From Deinococcus sp. (GTDB lineage: Bacteria; Deinococcota; Deinococci; Deinococcales; Deinococcaceae), in the NCBI GenBank assembly GCA_965261005.1, contig OZ253375.1, forward strand, positions 2,464,001 through 2,528,000: a stretch of DNA of 64,000 nt. Direction: 5' to 3'. Positions 46,907-56,253 of this stretch are shown in pieces (the first letter of the stretch is position 1; each line of letters begins with the position of its first letter). The notes beneath the pieces are model-generated. The model was given only the letters and a program-made list of their open reading frames with translations, made no database searches and was not told where the DNA came from. Made by a program: the position numbers and the translations under genes.

Positions 46907-48118
46907 GTGCGCGTGTACCTGGACCTGCTGCGCGACCGTCGTCTGCGGACCATCTGGCTGGGCGAGACGGTCAACGCCTTTGGGGGCGGCCTGACCTTTT
47001 GGGCGCTGGCGTGGCTGCTGTACCGTCAGCACCCGGGGGCGCCGCAGCTGGCCGGCGCGCTGCTGGCGGTCCTAAGCGCCGCTTCGGTCGTCGGCACGCT
47101 GACGCTGGGGGCGCTGCTCGACCGCTTTGATCGGCGCGGGGTGCTGGTCATGGTGAACCTCCTGCTCGCCCTGCTGACGGGCTTGCTGGCCTGGGCGGTC
47201 GGCCTCGTCCCCGTGTGGCCCCTGTTCGCGCTGGTCACGCTGAGCGGCCTGCTGTCCGGCTTGCCCGGCCCGGCCCTGAGCGCCGTCCTCCCCAGCTTGG
47301 TGCCGGGGGCGCGCTGGCAGGCGACCTCGGCCCTGTTCAACTTCACCTGGATGGCCGGGGAGCTGCTGGCGGCGGCGGTGGCGGGCGTGCTGATCGCCTC
47401 CCTGGGCGCCCGCACGGCGCTCTTGACCGACGCGGCCACCTTCGGCTTCGCGGCGCTGGCCTACGCCTCGGTGCGCTTTCCGGGGCAACTCGCGCCGGAG
47501 GGAAAGTTGAACTTGGCGGCTTGGTGGGCAGAGCTGAAGGAGGGCTGGCGCTTCGTGGGCGTCCGGCCCGCGCTGTGGGGCACCTTCGTGGGGCTGGGCG
47601 CGCAGAACGCCTTTTTCGGCGTGTTCGGGGCGCTGCTGCTGCCCAGGGTGGGGGAGAGATTGCTGGGCGCCGAACTCGGGCCGGTCGGCGTCGGCGCGCT
47701 CGACTCGCTGTCCGTCGGCTGCGAGCTGCTGGGCGCGCTGTGGCTGGGCCGCGCGGCCTTGAAAGAACGGGCCGAGCGGCGGCTGATTCTGGTTGGCTGC
47801 ACGGTCCCGGTGCTGGCCGGCGTGGGCGTCGTCCTCGCGCCGAACTTCGCCGTCGCGCTTGTCCTGGGCGCCGTGCAGGGCCTCGGCTTCGCCGCGCTGA
47901 GCGTGTTCGTGTTCCCCCTGGTCGCCCGCCTGACCCCCGAGAACCTGCGCGGCCGGGTCTTCGCGGTGCGCGCCTTGATCGGGCAGTTGGGCCGCCCGCT
48001 CGCGCTGCTGGGGGGCGGGGCGGTTCTGGCCGCGCTGGGCGCCGTGCCATTGGCAGTGGTTTTTGGCGGGGGGGCGGCGTTGCTGGCGGGGTTGGGGTAT
48101 TGGCGGGGACGTTCCTGA
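46907..48118 (+). CDS. MFS transporter
   Basis: About 12 TM segments, GALLDRFDRR, PENLRGRV. Confidence 0.88.
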   Translation: MRVYLDLLRDRRLRTIWLGETVNAFGGGLTFWALAWLLYRQHPGAPQLAGALLAVLSAASVVGTLTLGALLDRFDRRGVLVMVNLLLALLTGLLAWAVGLVPVWPLFALVTLSGLLSGLPGPALSAVLPSLVPGARWQATSALFNFTWMAGELLAAAVAGVLIASLGARTALLTDAATFGFAALAYASVRFPGQLAPEGKLNLAAWWAELKEGWRFVGVRPALWGTFVGLGAQNAFFGVFGALLLPRVGERLLGAELGPVGVGALDSLSVGCELLGALWLGRAALKERAERRLILVGCTVPVLAGVGVVLAPNFAVALVLGAVQGLGFAALSVFVFPLVARLTPENLRGRVFAVRALIGQLGRPLALLGGGAVLAALGAVPLAVVFGGGAALLAGLGYWRGRS

Positions 48119-48164
48119 CCTGATTCGGGTGACGGTGCTACGCTGCGCGTAAGGAGAAAAGAAC

Positions 48165-48428
48165 GTGTCGCGCACGACCGTAACAAGTAAGGGGCAGGTA
48201 ACAATTCCCGTGGACATCCGGGAAGCGCTGAAGCTGCGGGCGGGCGACCGATTGCTGCTCGACCTGACCGAGGACGGCTTCTCCGCCGTCGTGCTGCGCC
48301 GCCCCAGCCCTTCCGAACTCAGGGGCGTCTTGAGCCGCTACGCCAAAGCAGGGATGAGCCGGGAAGACGAGCGCGAGGCGGTGGGCCGCGCCATCGCCGA
48401 GAAGGCGGACCTCGTGCATGGCGAGTGA
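48165..48428 (+). CDS. AbrB/MazE-type antitoxin
   Basis: VTSKGQVTIPVDIREAL; AAGGAG RBS. Confidence 0.9.
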   Translation: MSRTTVTSKGQVTIPVDIREALKLRAGDRLLLDLTEDGFSAVVLRRPSPSELRGVLSRYAKAGMSREDEREAVGRAIAEKADLVHGE

Positions 48429-48825
48429 TCTGTGGCTGGACACCAACCCCATCCTGCGCTACGTGCTCTCGGACGACGACCTTCAGGCGGCGGCGGTTGA
48501 GGCGCTGCTGGAGCGTGCGGCGCAAGGTGAAGTGCGTCTTCACATCCCGCCCCTGGTCCTGGCCGAGTGCGTTTGGGTCCTGCGCGCGGCCTACAAAACG
48601 CCTTATTCGGAGGTCTCGAACGCTCTGCTACAGTTTTGCGCCCTCACGGGGGTACAGGTTGAGGATGAGGCGAACAGCTTGAGCGCCTTACGGACCGTGG
48701 GTCGAGCAAAGGTGGATTTCGCGGACGCCTACTTGGCCGCGCTGGCCCTCACCAGAGGTTGGGGTGTCGCCACCTTCGACGGCGACTTCAGAAAGCTGGG
48801 CTGCGCCGTGGTCACGCCACGGTAG
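48418..48825 (+). CDS. VapC/PIN-domain toxin
   Basis: LDTNPILRY, E, DFADAY, ATFD. Confidence 0.9.
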   Translation: MASDLWLDTNPILRYVLSDDDLQAAAVEALLERAAQGEVRLHIPPLVLAECVWVLRAAYKTPYSEVSNALLQFCALTGVQVEDEANSLSALRTVGRAKVDFADAYLAALALTRGWGVATFDGDFRKLGCAVVTPR

Positions 48826-48839
48826 GCCCGCACTGCGCT

Positions 48840-49445
48840 CTACTTGGGCCGCTTGACCGTCTCGACGCGGGCGCCGCTGTGCAGCACGTCTTGGTACAAC
48901 TGCCAAGCTCGCTCGGCGTCCGCCCGGTTTCCCGGCAGTTGGGCAAAGCGAAAGTAGGCGGCGTCCCCCGAGTCCAGCACGAAGGTCGGCGTGCCGAAGA
49001 CGCCCAGCCGCGCGGCGGCGTTCAGGTTGTCGGCCAGATTAGCGCGCAAGGTCGCCTCGTCGTCGGCGAGGTCGCCTTCGAACTGTGCGAGGTCCAGTTC
49101 CGCCCCGCGCGCCGCCTCGAAGATGGTTGCGGGGTCGTTCAGGTCGCGGCCGTCCTGATGGCGCAGTCGGAACAGCCGAAGCGTGAACTGAAACGCCCGC
49201 TTTTCCCCCTGAAGCTTGGCCGCCTGACCGGCCAAAAAGGCGCGTAGGCTGGCCTGCTGGTTGTCCGGGCCGTCGTCTGAGGGCTGCTCGGCCAGCTTCC
49301 AAGTCGGGTTCTTGCGGTCGGGGTTCTCGGCATGGTTGCCCTGCACCAAGCTGAAGTGGCGCAATTCTGGGCGCAGGTCCAGCAGCTGCATCAGCTCCAA
49401 ACCGCGCCAAGCGTAGGGACACAGGAAATCGAAGTAGACGATCAT
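48840..49445 (-). CDS. DsbA-like thioredoxin-fold protein
   Basis: YFDFLCPYAW and GVFGTPTF; single Cys. Confidence 0.82.
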   Translation of the reverse strand: MIVYFDFLCPYAWRGLELMQLLDLRPELRHFSLVQGNHAENPDRKNPTWKLAEQPSDDGPDNQQASLRAFLAGQAAKLQGEKRAFQFTLRLFRLRHQDGRDLNDPATIFEAARGAELDLAQFEGDLADDEATLRANLADNLNAAARLGVFGTPTFVLDSGDAAYFRFAQLPGNRADAERAWQLYQDVLHSGARVETVKRPK

Positions 49446-49500
49446 GCCGTGACGCTAACACACGGGGCCAACCAAATATCGGAAAAGCGTTCAGTTGCGT

Positions 49501-51381
49501 TTAGTTGAAGATCTGTCGCAGCTCGGCCATGTACTGCGCCAACTCTTGCGAGCTGCCCACGATCTTGGCGACGCTCACGCGCTCTTCGAGCACTTCCTGG
49601 TCGTAGGGATCGGCGCGTAGGTACTGGTTGGCCAGCAGAATAAAGCGCTTGAAGTCCCCGTCCGCCTTGTAGCGGGCCATTTGATTACGCAACTCGAACA
49701 GCAGGGTCAGGCGCGCTTGCTCGCGGCGCTGCTCCACCCAGGCGCTGTCCTCGAAGTCCGGCATAAAGTCGCCCCGGTAGAGGGCCAGCGCCCGCGCCAC
49801 CTCACCTTTGCCCACCGCCTCCTCGAAGTGCGTCAGGTCGAGGTCGAGGTGAACGTAGGTGCCCAGCTTGTACCACGGCGCCTGATACGGTCCCTGGTGG
49901 TGGACGATGTCGCGCCCCAGCTTGTCGCGCAGCTCCTTGATGGCTTGGCGCACGTAGGCGGCCCCCGTCACGTGGTCCTTGTCCGGGTACAAGTCGAGCT
50001 GAATCTCGGCGCGGGTGCGGCCCGGCTGGAGCGCCAGGTATACCAGCAGGGGCGCGCTGCCGCTGTACTTGAACTTCACCTCCTGCCCATCCTTGACCAC
50101 CGCCACCTTGCCCAACGTCGTGACCTGCACGCTCATGGCCCCGTCCTCGGGCAGCCTGGGCATGCCGAGTAGGCCCGCGAGGTTGTCCAACACCGGCTCC
50201 ATCAGGGGCGCCAGGTCCGGCTCCAGCATGGCGAAGTGGGTCAGCTCGCCCAACTCCTCCAAGTCGGGCCGGAACTCCATCAGCTGGCGCAGGCGCAGCA
50301 TCTGCATCAGGGCCTCGCGCAGGTTGGTCACGACCGTGGCCCCGTCCCCCTGCCTCAGATTCACCGCCGCGAGGTGCAGCTGCGCCCGGATCAGCTGCGG
50401 CACGGCCTCTTGTCGCCTGAACATCTGCACTGCCCGGCTCAAGTCGGCCTCCGCTTCCGCCAGCTGCCCGCGCCGCCGCGCCAACACGCCGCTGGTCGCC
50501 CATAGCTCGGCGGGCCACTCCGCCGGCATGGCGCCGTAACTCATCAGGAGTTCCATCGCCGTACCATGCTGCCCAATCAGGCTGTGGTGTTCGGCGAGGC
50601 GGGAAAGGGTCCAGAGGCGGAGATTGCCGTCTTGTAATCTACCGGCTAACACTCGCAGTTCTTCTAGAACGCGCACATACCCGGCGTAGTCTTTGGTTGC
50701 ACGCCGCAATTCGGCTTCCGAAGATAATAAGTAACCACGCAAATAAGGTGAATTAACTTGTTCAAGTGCTGCCTTGGCTTTTAAGAGTACTTCGTGAGCT
50801 TCGTAAAACTCGCCTTGTGCAGTATGCAATTCGAGCAAACTTTGTAGAATTAACCCCCGGGCGTCAGAAGGAATGTCTTCTGGAAAGGCTTGAAGAGCCT
50901 CAGTCAATAACGCCTTAGCACGAGCGAAATTACCGAGCATCAAGTACATTTGTGCCAAGGACTGAGCAACCCGAGCGCTCATCTCATCGTCACCCAAAGC
51001 GATGTAACCATGCCAAGCTCGCTCGACACGCTTCAAACTTGCGGCGCCACGGCCAGCCAGGAAATCGGAAGCTCCCCACCAACGTAGGGCGCGCAGTTGT
51101 AATTCTCCTGTAAGATTTGGGGTGATAGCTTCCAGGTGTGCGGCAGCCTCCTCGTAGCGGCCGAGGACACGCAGTACGTTGCCAAGCTCAACTTGCCCCT
51201 CAGGATCGCCTAGAACCGCTGCCTTCGTGAGAGAAATCTCGGCGTCAGCGAAGCGACTGCTCCTCAGAAGGGAAACGCCCAGGAGCGTATACTCGCGCGC
51301 TGTCTGAGCTGTACCTTCTAAATGTGTGACCAGCAGGTGATACTGTTCGGCCTCGAATAAGTTTTCCTGGTTAATATTCAC
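49501..51381 (-). CDS. TPR-repeat protein with C-terminal winged-HTH + BTAD (SARP-like) regulator domains
   Basis: Helical repeats (LGNVLRVLGRYEEAAAHL; LAQMYLMLGNFARAKALL); TTLG…LLVYLAL…LYPD; LDL..F…ALALYRGDFMP…WVEQRRE; GGAG RBS upstream of GTG. Confidence 0.8.
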   Translation of the reverse strand: MNINQENLFEAEQYHLLVTHLEGTAQTAREYTLLGVSLLRSSRFADAEISLTKAAVLGDPEGQVELGNVLRVLGRYEEAAAHLEAITPNLTGELQLRALRWWGASDFLAGRGAASLKRVERAWHGYIALGDDEMSARVAQSLAQMYLMLGNFARAKALLTEALQAFPEDIPSDARGLILQSLLELHTAQGEFYEAHEVLLKAKAALEQVNSPYLRGYLLSSEAELRRATKDYAGYVRVLEELRVLAGRLQDGNLRLWTLSRLAEHHSLIGQHGTAMELLMSYGAMPAEWPAELWATSGVLARRRGQLAEAEADLSRAVQMFRRQEAVPQLIRAQLHLAAVNLRQGDGATVVTNLREALMQMLRLRQLMEFRPDLEELGELTHFAMLEPDLAPLMEPVLDNLAGLLGMPRLPEDGAMSVQVTTLGKVAVVKDGQEVKFKYSGSAPLLVYLALQPGRTRAEIQLDLYPDKDHVTGAAYVRQAIKELRDKLGRDIVHHQGPYQAPWYKLGTYVHLDLDLTHFEEAVGKGEVARALALYRGDFMPDFEDSAWVEQRREQARLTLLFELRNQMARYKADGDFKRFILLANQYLRADPYDQEVLEERVSVAKIVGSSQELAQYMAELRQIFN

Positions 51382-51423
51382 ACAGTCTCCATCTGGCTAC
51401 GTTCTGTCCATTATGGTAGCACT

Positions 51424-51588
51424 ATGAACAAACAGACGAAGCGGAACCTCGTAATCGTAGCCCTTAGCTTGTTCGTTAGCGTTGCAACTGCTGCTCAAGC
51501 GACCGGCACTTCTGGTTCCAACCCGAACAAAGAACAGGCGGGCAAAACTCAACCGATGGCTGGTGCTGGCGGGATTGGTATTAAATAA
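51424..51588 (+). CDS. 54-aa secreted propeptide (not in ORF track), candidate signalling-peptide precursor
   Basis: MNKQTKRNLVIVALSLFVSVATAAQA/TGTSGSNPNKEQAGKTQPMAGAGGIGIK*; basic N-region, hydrophobic core, AQA cleavage site; TATGGT 6 nt before ATG. Confidence 0.75.
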   Translation: MNKQTKRNLVIVALSLFVSVATAAQATGTSGSNPNKEQAGKTQPMAGAGGIGIK

Positions 51589-51753
51589 TGACCCGTCCCA
51601 CTTCCCCTTCTCAACCTCCACGGGACCGTCAGCCTCGTCCCCAGCCCCGCGTTGAAACGCACATACCCGAAGCCCTGCGCGAACATGTGAATATGCCAGT
51701 CGTCGTGCGGGGAGCTGCCTGCTTCGGTATCGAGTAAAAGACTTCGGATCGGT

Positions 51754-51785
51754 GAACGCCTCAGACTTTCTGGGGCGTTCTTCCT
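51754..51785. terminator. Hairpin, probable terminator
   Basis: gaacgcctcaga/tctggggcgttc stem just past the end of the PIG-L gene. Confidence 0.65.
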
Positions 51786-52550
51786 TTACTGTAACATCCT
51801 GAACGTTTCCGCGTAAACAACCCCAAACCGCCCTCCTCTGTAGAAGCGCTTCATGCCGTCGCCGTTGCCCGAGTTCTGGCTGCGGTGCTGCGCCAAAGCC
51901 GCTGCCTTGGTAGCGATGACCGGGCTGATGTCCACGGCCACGTCGGGGCGGCGGGTCTGAAACAGGTACACGGGTGGCCGGTCTGTTGCCAAGGTGCGCC
52001 AGAAACTCAGGAACAGGCGCGCGGACCCTTGATGGTCCGGGTGCAGGTAGGGCAGGGACGGAAACTGGGGATCGAACAGGAAGACCGCCTGTGGCCGGAC
52101 TTGCCGGTAAATGGCCTCGACCTCCGGCAGAAAGCGGGCGTCCGTCGCCACGCCCCGGTCGGGCAAGCCCAGAAAGTGAACCTGCCGGTAGCCGTTGATG
52201 CGCGCGGCGTTCAGCTGCTCCTGACGGCGCGTGGCGGACAGATCGGGCGCCTTGATGTGGTTCGGCCCCTTCTCGCCGTTCGTGGCGACGACCACCTGGA
52301 CGTTCGCCCCCGCGTCCGCGAGGCGCCGCAAGGTGCCGCCGATGTACCACTCCAAGTCGTCGGGATGGGCGACCACCGCGAGGACCGTCTTGTCTTGCAG
52401 CAGCTCCCACCCGGCCGCGAGGGCGGTCTGCGGCGGGACGGTCAGGCGGACCCGGAAGATCAGGAACAGCGCGGCGGCAACGGCCAGGCTCAGCGCGGCC
52501 CACAGCCCGATTCGCCGGGCGCGGGCGGTGGCGTTTCCAGAAAGGCGCAT
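51786..52550 (-). CDS. PIG-L/LmbE-family deacetylase with an N-terminal TM segment
   Basis: AHPDDLE, TNGE.G, HPDH, HRSQ. Confidence 0.9.
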   Translation of the reverse strand: MRLSGNATARARRIGLWAALSLAVAAALFLIFRVRLTVPPQTALAAGWELLQDKTVLAVVAHPDDLEWYIGGTLRRLADAGANVQVVVATNGEKGPNHIKAPDLSATRRQEQLNAARINGYRQVHFLGLPDRGVATDARFLPEVEAIYRQVRPQAVFLFDPQFPSLPYLHPDHQGSARLFLSFWRTLATDRPPVYLFQTRRPDVAVDISPVIATKAAALAQHRSQNSGNGDGMKRFYRGGRFGVVYAETFRMLQ

Positions 52551-52598
52551 TCCACCACTCTAAGCGCTGGTCGGTGAGCAGGACGCATTTAAATCGTC

Positions 52599-52811
52599 CT
52601 AATTCGGCCACGCCTGGTTGTCCTCTTCCTCCTCGGGATCGAGCAGGACCAGCAGGTCCTCCAGGTCATTGTCCTCGGGCCACAGCAGCAGGTCCTCGTC
52701 GTACTCGGCCTCGACAACGTGGGCATTCCAGAAGGCGGCCTCCTCGGCGGCGCTCACAAAGGGGGGAACCTCCGACCAGCGGATGAGTGGAATCAAAGAT
52801 GGGGCGGTCAT
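52599..52811 (-). CDS. Small acidic protein with a CopG-antitoxin-like N-terminal motif
   Basis: EVPPFVSAAEEAAFWNAH followed by a D/E-rich tail. Confidence 0.5.
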   Translation of the reverse strand: MTAPSLIPLIRWSEVPPFVSAAEEAAFWNAHVVEAEYDEDLLLWPEDNDLEDLLVLLDPEEEEDNQAWPN

Positions 52812-52986
52812 GCGGGCAGTGTAACCGGACTTTTCTCACATAACTCTTACGTGGCTGCCGTTATTTTTGCTGGCTCTCACAGCGCTAGGAGCCGAGGCCC
52901 ACGCCCGCGTGATGGAAGAGCGCAAGCGATGAAAGCGGCAGCCAGTTTTAGCTGGATCGGTTATCCTGTCTCCAGGAGGCGCGGCG

Positions 52987-55707
52987 ATGATGGAGGACCG
53001 GCGCAAGGCGCAGCAAAGCGAGCAGCAAGGCACTTCTGCGTGGCCTACGATCCACGTGCGCGACCCGTCGCCCGCCCGGCACGCCGAGCAGACGCTGTCC
53101 TTGCTGCGCTGGCAGAACCTCCCCGCCTATCACGCGCAACTGGTCCTGTTCGAGCGCGACCCGGGGGCGGTGCTGTCGCAGGCCAAGGCCGGTCGTGAGC
53201 GCGAAGCGCTGCGCGAGGTCTACCAAAGCGAAGTGAAGCAGGAACGCCAGCGCCTCGCCTGGGAACGTGAAGCGCCCCAACGGGAGAAGCAAGCCTGGCA
53301 CGCAGCCCAGCAGCAACGGCTTGAGGAGCAGCTGCAAGAGCACCGGCAAGCCAAGCAGGCCGCGACCATGCAGCGCCGCCAGAACGAGCGGCAAGCGAAC
53401 GAGGCGAAGAGGCCGCAGGTCAAGGCAGAGCGCGCCAAGCAGCGCGCTTCACAACAGCCCACCCGAAGCCCCGCCAAGCTGGCCCAGCAGCTCTTGCCCT
53501 TCCTGGAAGGGACCACCCGCCGGGAGCTGGAACGGGCGCAGAAGTTTCTCAACCACTTCACGCCGCAGACCCGCACCGAGGTCTTGAAACTGATCGTTCA
53601 GCGGCATCCCCTGGAAGTGGAGCACCTGCTGTACGGCCTGTCTGGAGACCAGATGGAAACCCTGCTGCGCCTCATCACGCGGGCCAAGCAGGACTTAGGG
53701 CTGCTGCCCACGGTTGAGACACCCAAAGCGGCGACCAAAGCAACTCAGGCGACGCTGAGCTTTGCCGTCTTTCGCCCGAATCAGGCCAAGGTGCCGGATC
53801 AACCGGGGCCGGAGGCGGTGAGTGCGGCCGTCGCTCAACTGGTCCAACTGTCGCAGCTGGGCGGGGCGAGCGGCGGGGCCATGCAGTCAGAAGTGCGCGG
53901 CTTCTCGCCGGCGATGCGAACGGCCGTGGCGCGGGAACTCAAGCGGCAGTTCCCGCCGATCTACCACAAGCTCGCCGCGCTGCTGGACACGCCGCTTGCC
54001 AAGCCCGCCGCGCCCGTCCAGCCCGTCATGCTGCCGCCCGCACCTGTGGACCCCATGCTTGACGAGGCGGTGGACGTGCTGCTGAAGCTCAGAACGAGCC
54101 TGAACAACAGCGGCGGGCATCAGGTGGACGTGGGCAAGAACAGCTTCGGCATCCAGCCCAGCTTCGACGCGGAGATGGCCTACCGCTCGGTCATGTCACG
54201 GGTGGATTCGCACGAACTGGCCCTGCTGTACCACGAGCAGAGCGGCTACAGCTTCGAGCGCGACTTCGGGCCGCTACGGGCGAGCTATCAGAAGGTGCAG
54301 GGCATCACGGGCGAGAAAACTGTGCCGATCAGTCCAGAGACGCTGACCCGCGACGCCCTCTACAATCTGATTGCCACCAAATTTGCTTACGACGACGAAC
54401 TTGATGAGGTCGCCCAGGCTCTGCTCAAACGCTTCGGTTACCGCAGCAATCGGGCGGTATACGGCCGGCTGGGCACCCAGCTGAGACCTTTCACGCCGCT
54501 GCATCCCCACCTTCCCCCGCTGCTCACTTTTCGCGGCACCGAGGGCAGCAAGCTGAAGACCCTGGAAGGGCAGACCGATCTGCTGGTCACCGATTCGGAC
54601 CCCCAGGGTATTGCGGCGACCGCCTTTGCCAAGAACAAGGCCCTGATCGGGCTATGGTTGGACACGTTACATGTACAGGGCAAGGTGACCGTGCTGGGCC
54701 ACTCCCTGGGCGGTGCCCTCGCGCAGTGGAGCGAGGGCACTTGGCCGGAGAAGATCGGCAACGCCGTCACCTTCAATGCTCCTGGCGTGCCCAAGAGCGT
54801 CGTGCAAAATGTGAAGCGCTACAACGCTGGCGTGAAGCCGTACAACCAGTTGCACACCACCCATTACCGCATGACCGGCGACCTGATCAGTCAGGGTGGA
54901 GCTGCCTTTGCCCCCGGCGAGATTCGCCGCTTCCGGCTGGACACCAAGGGCGCCCCCAACCTGGGCGGACCATTCGGCGGCGTGCTGCTGGACGCGGCGG
55001 TGAACCAGAGTACACAGCGCCTTTGGCAAGCCTTGACCGGCGAGAAGCTTTCGGGCCGGGTGGATTTGGGCACGCTGCTCAAGGCGCTGAGCTTTCAGAC
55101 CCACCTCGCACCGATGCTGCCCCAACAGCTCGCCAAAGTGCCGCCCCAGGCGCGCACGCCGGATATGCAGGCGTTGCTCGACTTTTACCAGAAAAGCGTG
55201 CTGAAAGGCGAGGCGGAACGGCCAGCACGCTACGTGGCAAGTGGGACCACCGAGGCCGAGAACGCTGACCCCAGGCGAGAGCGAACCGAGGCGATCCGGG
55301 TGCGGGCTGGACAGCTGATTGAGCAGCTCAAGCGAGAAGTGGCGAGCGGACAACTCCAGGCGCCACACCCTTCGCCCAGTTTCATGTCGCCGGGCGCTGG
55401 ACCACTCTTGGAGGCGCGCGATCAGGCCCGCTATGCCCTCGGCAGTATCGCTCTGTCAGCAGACCACTATGACGCCCTCTACGCCCCCGTCGAACAGCTG
55501 GTGAGGGCCGCGAAGTCGAAGGCGGAAGTTGCAGAGATTCGAGAAGGCTTAAACACCATTGGTCACGCGGTGAGTCAAAGCGCCGTGCCTGAAAAGGTCA
55601 AATTTCTCTACAGCGCCTGGCGACAAGGCGATATCAGATTGAGACTCGCCGTTGTGAATCAATTGGAGAACATGTGGTACGCCTGGCATCCGGAGGCGAC
55701 TACGTGA
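52987..55707 (+). CDS. Large coiled-coil plus lipase (alpha/beta hydrolase) protein, putative toxin/effector
   Basis: AGGAGG RBS; Q/E/R coiled coil; FRGTE, GHSLGGALAQ, TFNAPG. Confidence 0.75.
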   Translation: MMEDRRKAQQSEQQGTSAWPTIHVRDPSPARHAEQTLSLLRWQNLPAYHAQLVLFERDPGAVLSQAKAGREREALREVYQSEVKQERQRLAWEREAPQREKQAWHAAQQQRLEEQLQEHRQAKQAATMQRRQNERQANEAKRPQVKAERAKQRASQQPTRSPAKLAQQLLPFLEGTTRRELERAQKFLNHFTPQTRTEVLKLIVQRHPLEVEHLLYGLSGDQMETLLRLITRAKQDLGLLPTVETPKAATKATQATLSFAVFRPNQAKVPDQPGPEAVSAAVAQLVQLSQLGGASGGAMQSEVRGFSPAMRTAVARELKRQFPPIYHKLAALLDTPLAKPAAPVQPVMLPPAPVDPMLDEAVDVLLKLRTSLNNSGGHQVDVGKNSFGIQPSFDAEMAYRSVMSRVDSHELALLYHEQSGYSFERDFGPLRASYQKVQGITGEKTVPISPETLTRDALYNLIATKFAYDDELDEVAQALLKRFGYRSNRAVYGRLGTQLRPFTPLHPHLPPLLTFRGTEGSKLKTLEGQTDLLVTDSDPQGIAATAFAKNKALIGLWLDTLHVQGKVTVLGHSLGGALAQWSEGTWPEKIGNAVTFNAPGVPKSVVQNVKRYNAGVKPYNQLHTTHYRMTGDLISQGGAAFAPGEIRRFRLDTKGAPNLGGPFGGVLLDAAVNQSTQRLWQALTGEKLSGRVDLGTLLKALSFQTHLAPMLPQQLAKVPPQARTPDMQALLDFYQKSVLKGEAERPARYVASGTTEAENADPRRERTEAIRVRAGQLIEQLKREVASGQLQAPHPSPSFMSPGAGPLLEARDQARYALGSIALSADHYDALYAPVEQLVRAAKSKAEVAEIREGLNTIGHAVSQSAVPEKVKFLYSAWRQGDIRLRLAVVNQLENMWYAWHPEATT

Positions 55708-56243
55708 GTAGATGGAACGTGGCCGCCTTTGTCGCGCCGTTGTTCATCGTCGCCTTTGCCATTTTAAGGAGCGTTATGCCAGATAAGGGAACCGAACAAC
55801 AACTTTTTGAAGGTGTGATCTCAAAACTTTCGAGCTCATCTAGGATAAAGCCCATCCCCTGTTCTGAAGGGTTAACGGAATTCGTCCACAAGGATGAAAG
55901 CGTTCGATGTTTTGACTTCACCAGTCATCAAGGCGCGGAAGCCGATGTAGACCAACGCTTAGTGGAGTTTCAGAAGGCAATCCAGGAGAGCCTGCCTAGA
56001 AGTGCCGTCATGGATTTGCCGTGGCGAGAAGACTATGGAAGTTCTGTTGCTGGTTGGTCTCTATCAGGGCGCCCTGGTTGGAGTTGGACGGTCGGTTTTA
56101 CATCACATGGAGCAGCCAAACAGGGGTCCTACGATCCTGGGTTCTGGAAGCATCCTGAGAACGTTCCGCATTTCGAAGGCGACGTCGTGTATATCGCTCT
56201 TTTGCGTACATCGTCACGTACAGAGGTTGAAAGCAAGCAGTAA
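55704..56243 (+). CDS. Putative immunity protein 1 (N-terminal TM/signal)
   Basis: GTGA overlap with the lipase stop; lower GC; paralog of the next gene. Confidence 0.65.
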   Translation: MSRWNVAAFVAPLFIVAFAILRSVMPDKGTEQQLFEGVISKLSSSSRIKPIPCSEGLTEFVHKDESVRCFDFTSHQGAEADVDQRLVEFQKAIQESLPRSAVMDLPWREDYGSSVAGWSLSGRPGWSWTVGFTSHGAAKQGSYDPGFWKHPENVPHFEGDVVYIALLRTSSRTEVESKQ

Positions 56244-56253
56244 AGCGCAAGGC

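Noticed and set aside
51397..52611. 404-aa minus-strand ORF overlapping the peptide gene
   Set aside because: Alternative frame of the PIG-L gene with R/P/G-rich composition and no motifs; the plus-strand 54-aa ORF has a signal peptide and promoter spacing.
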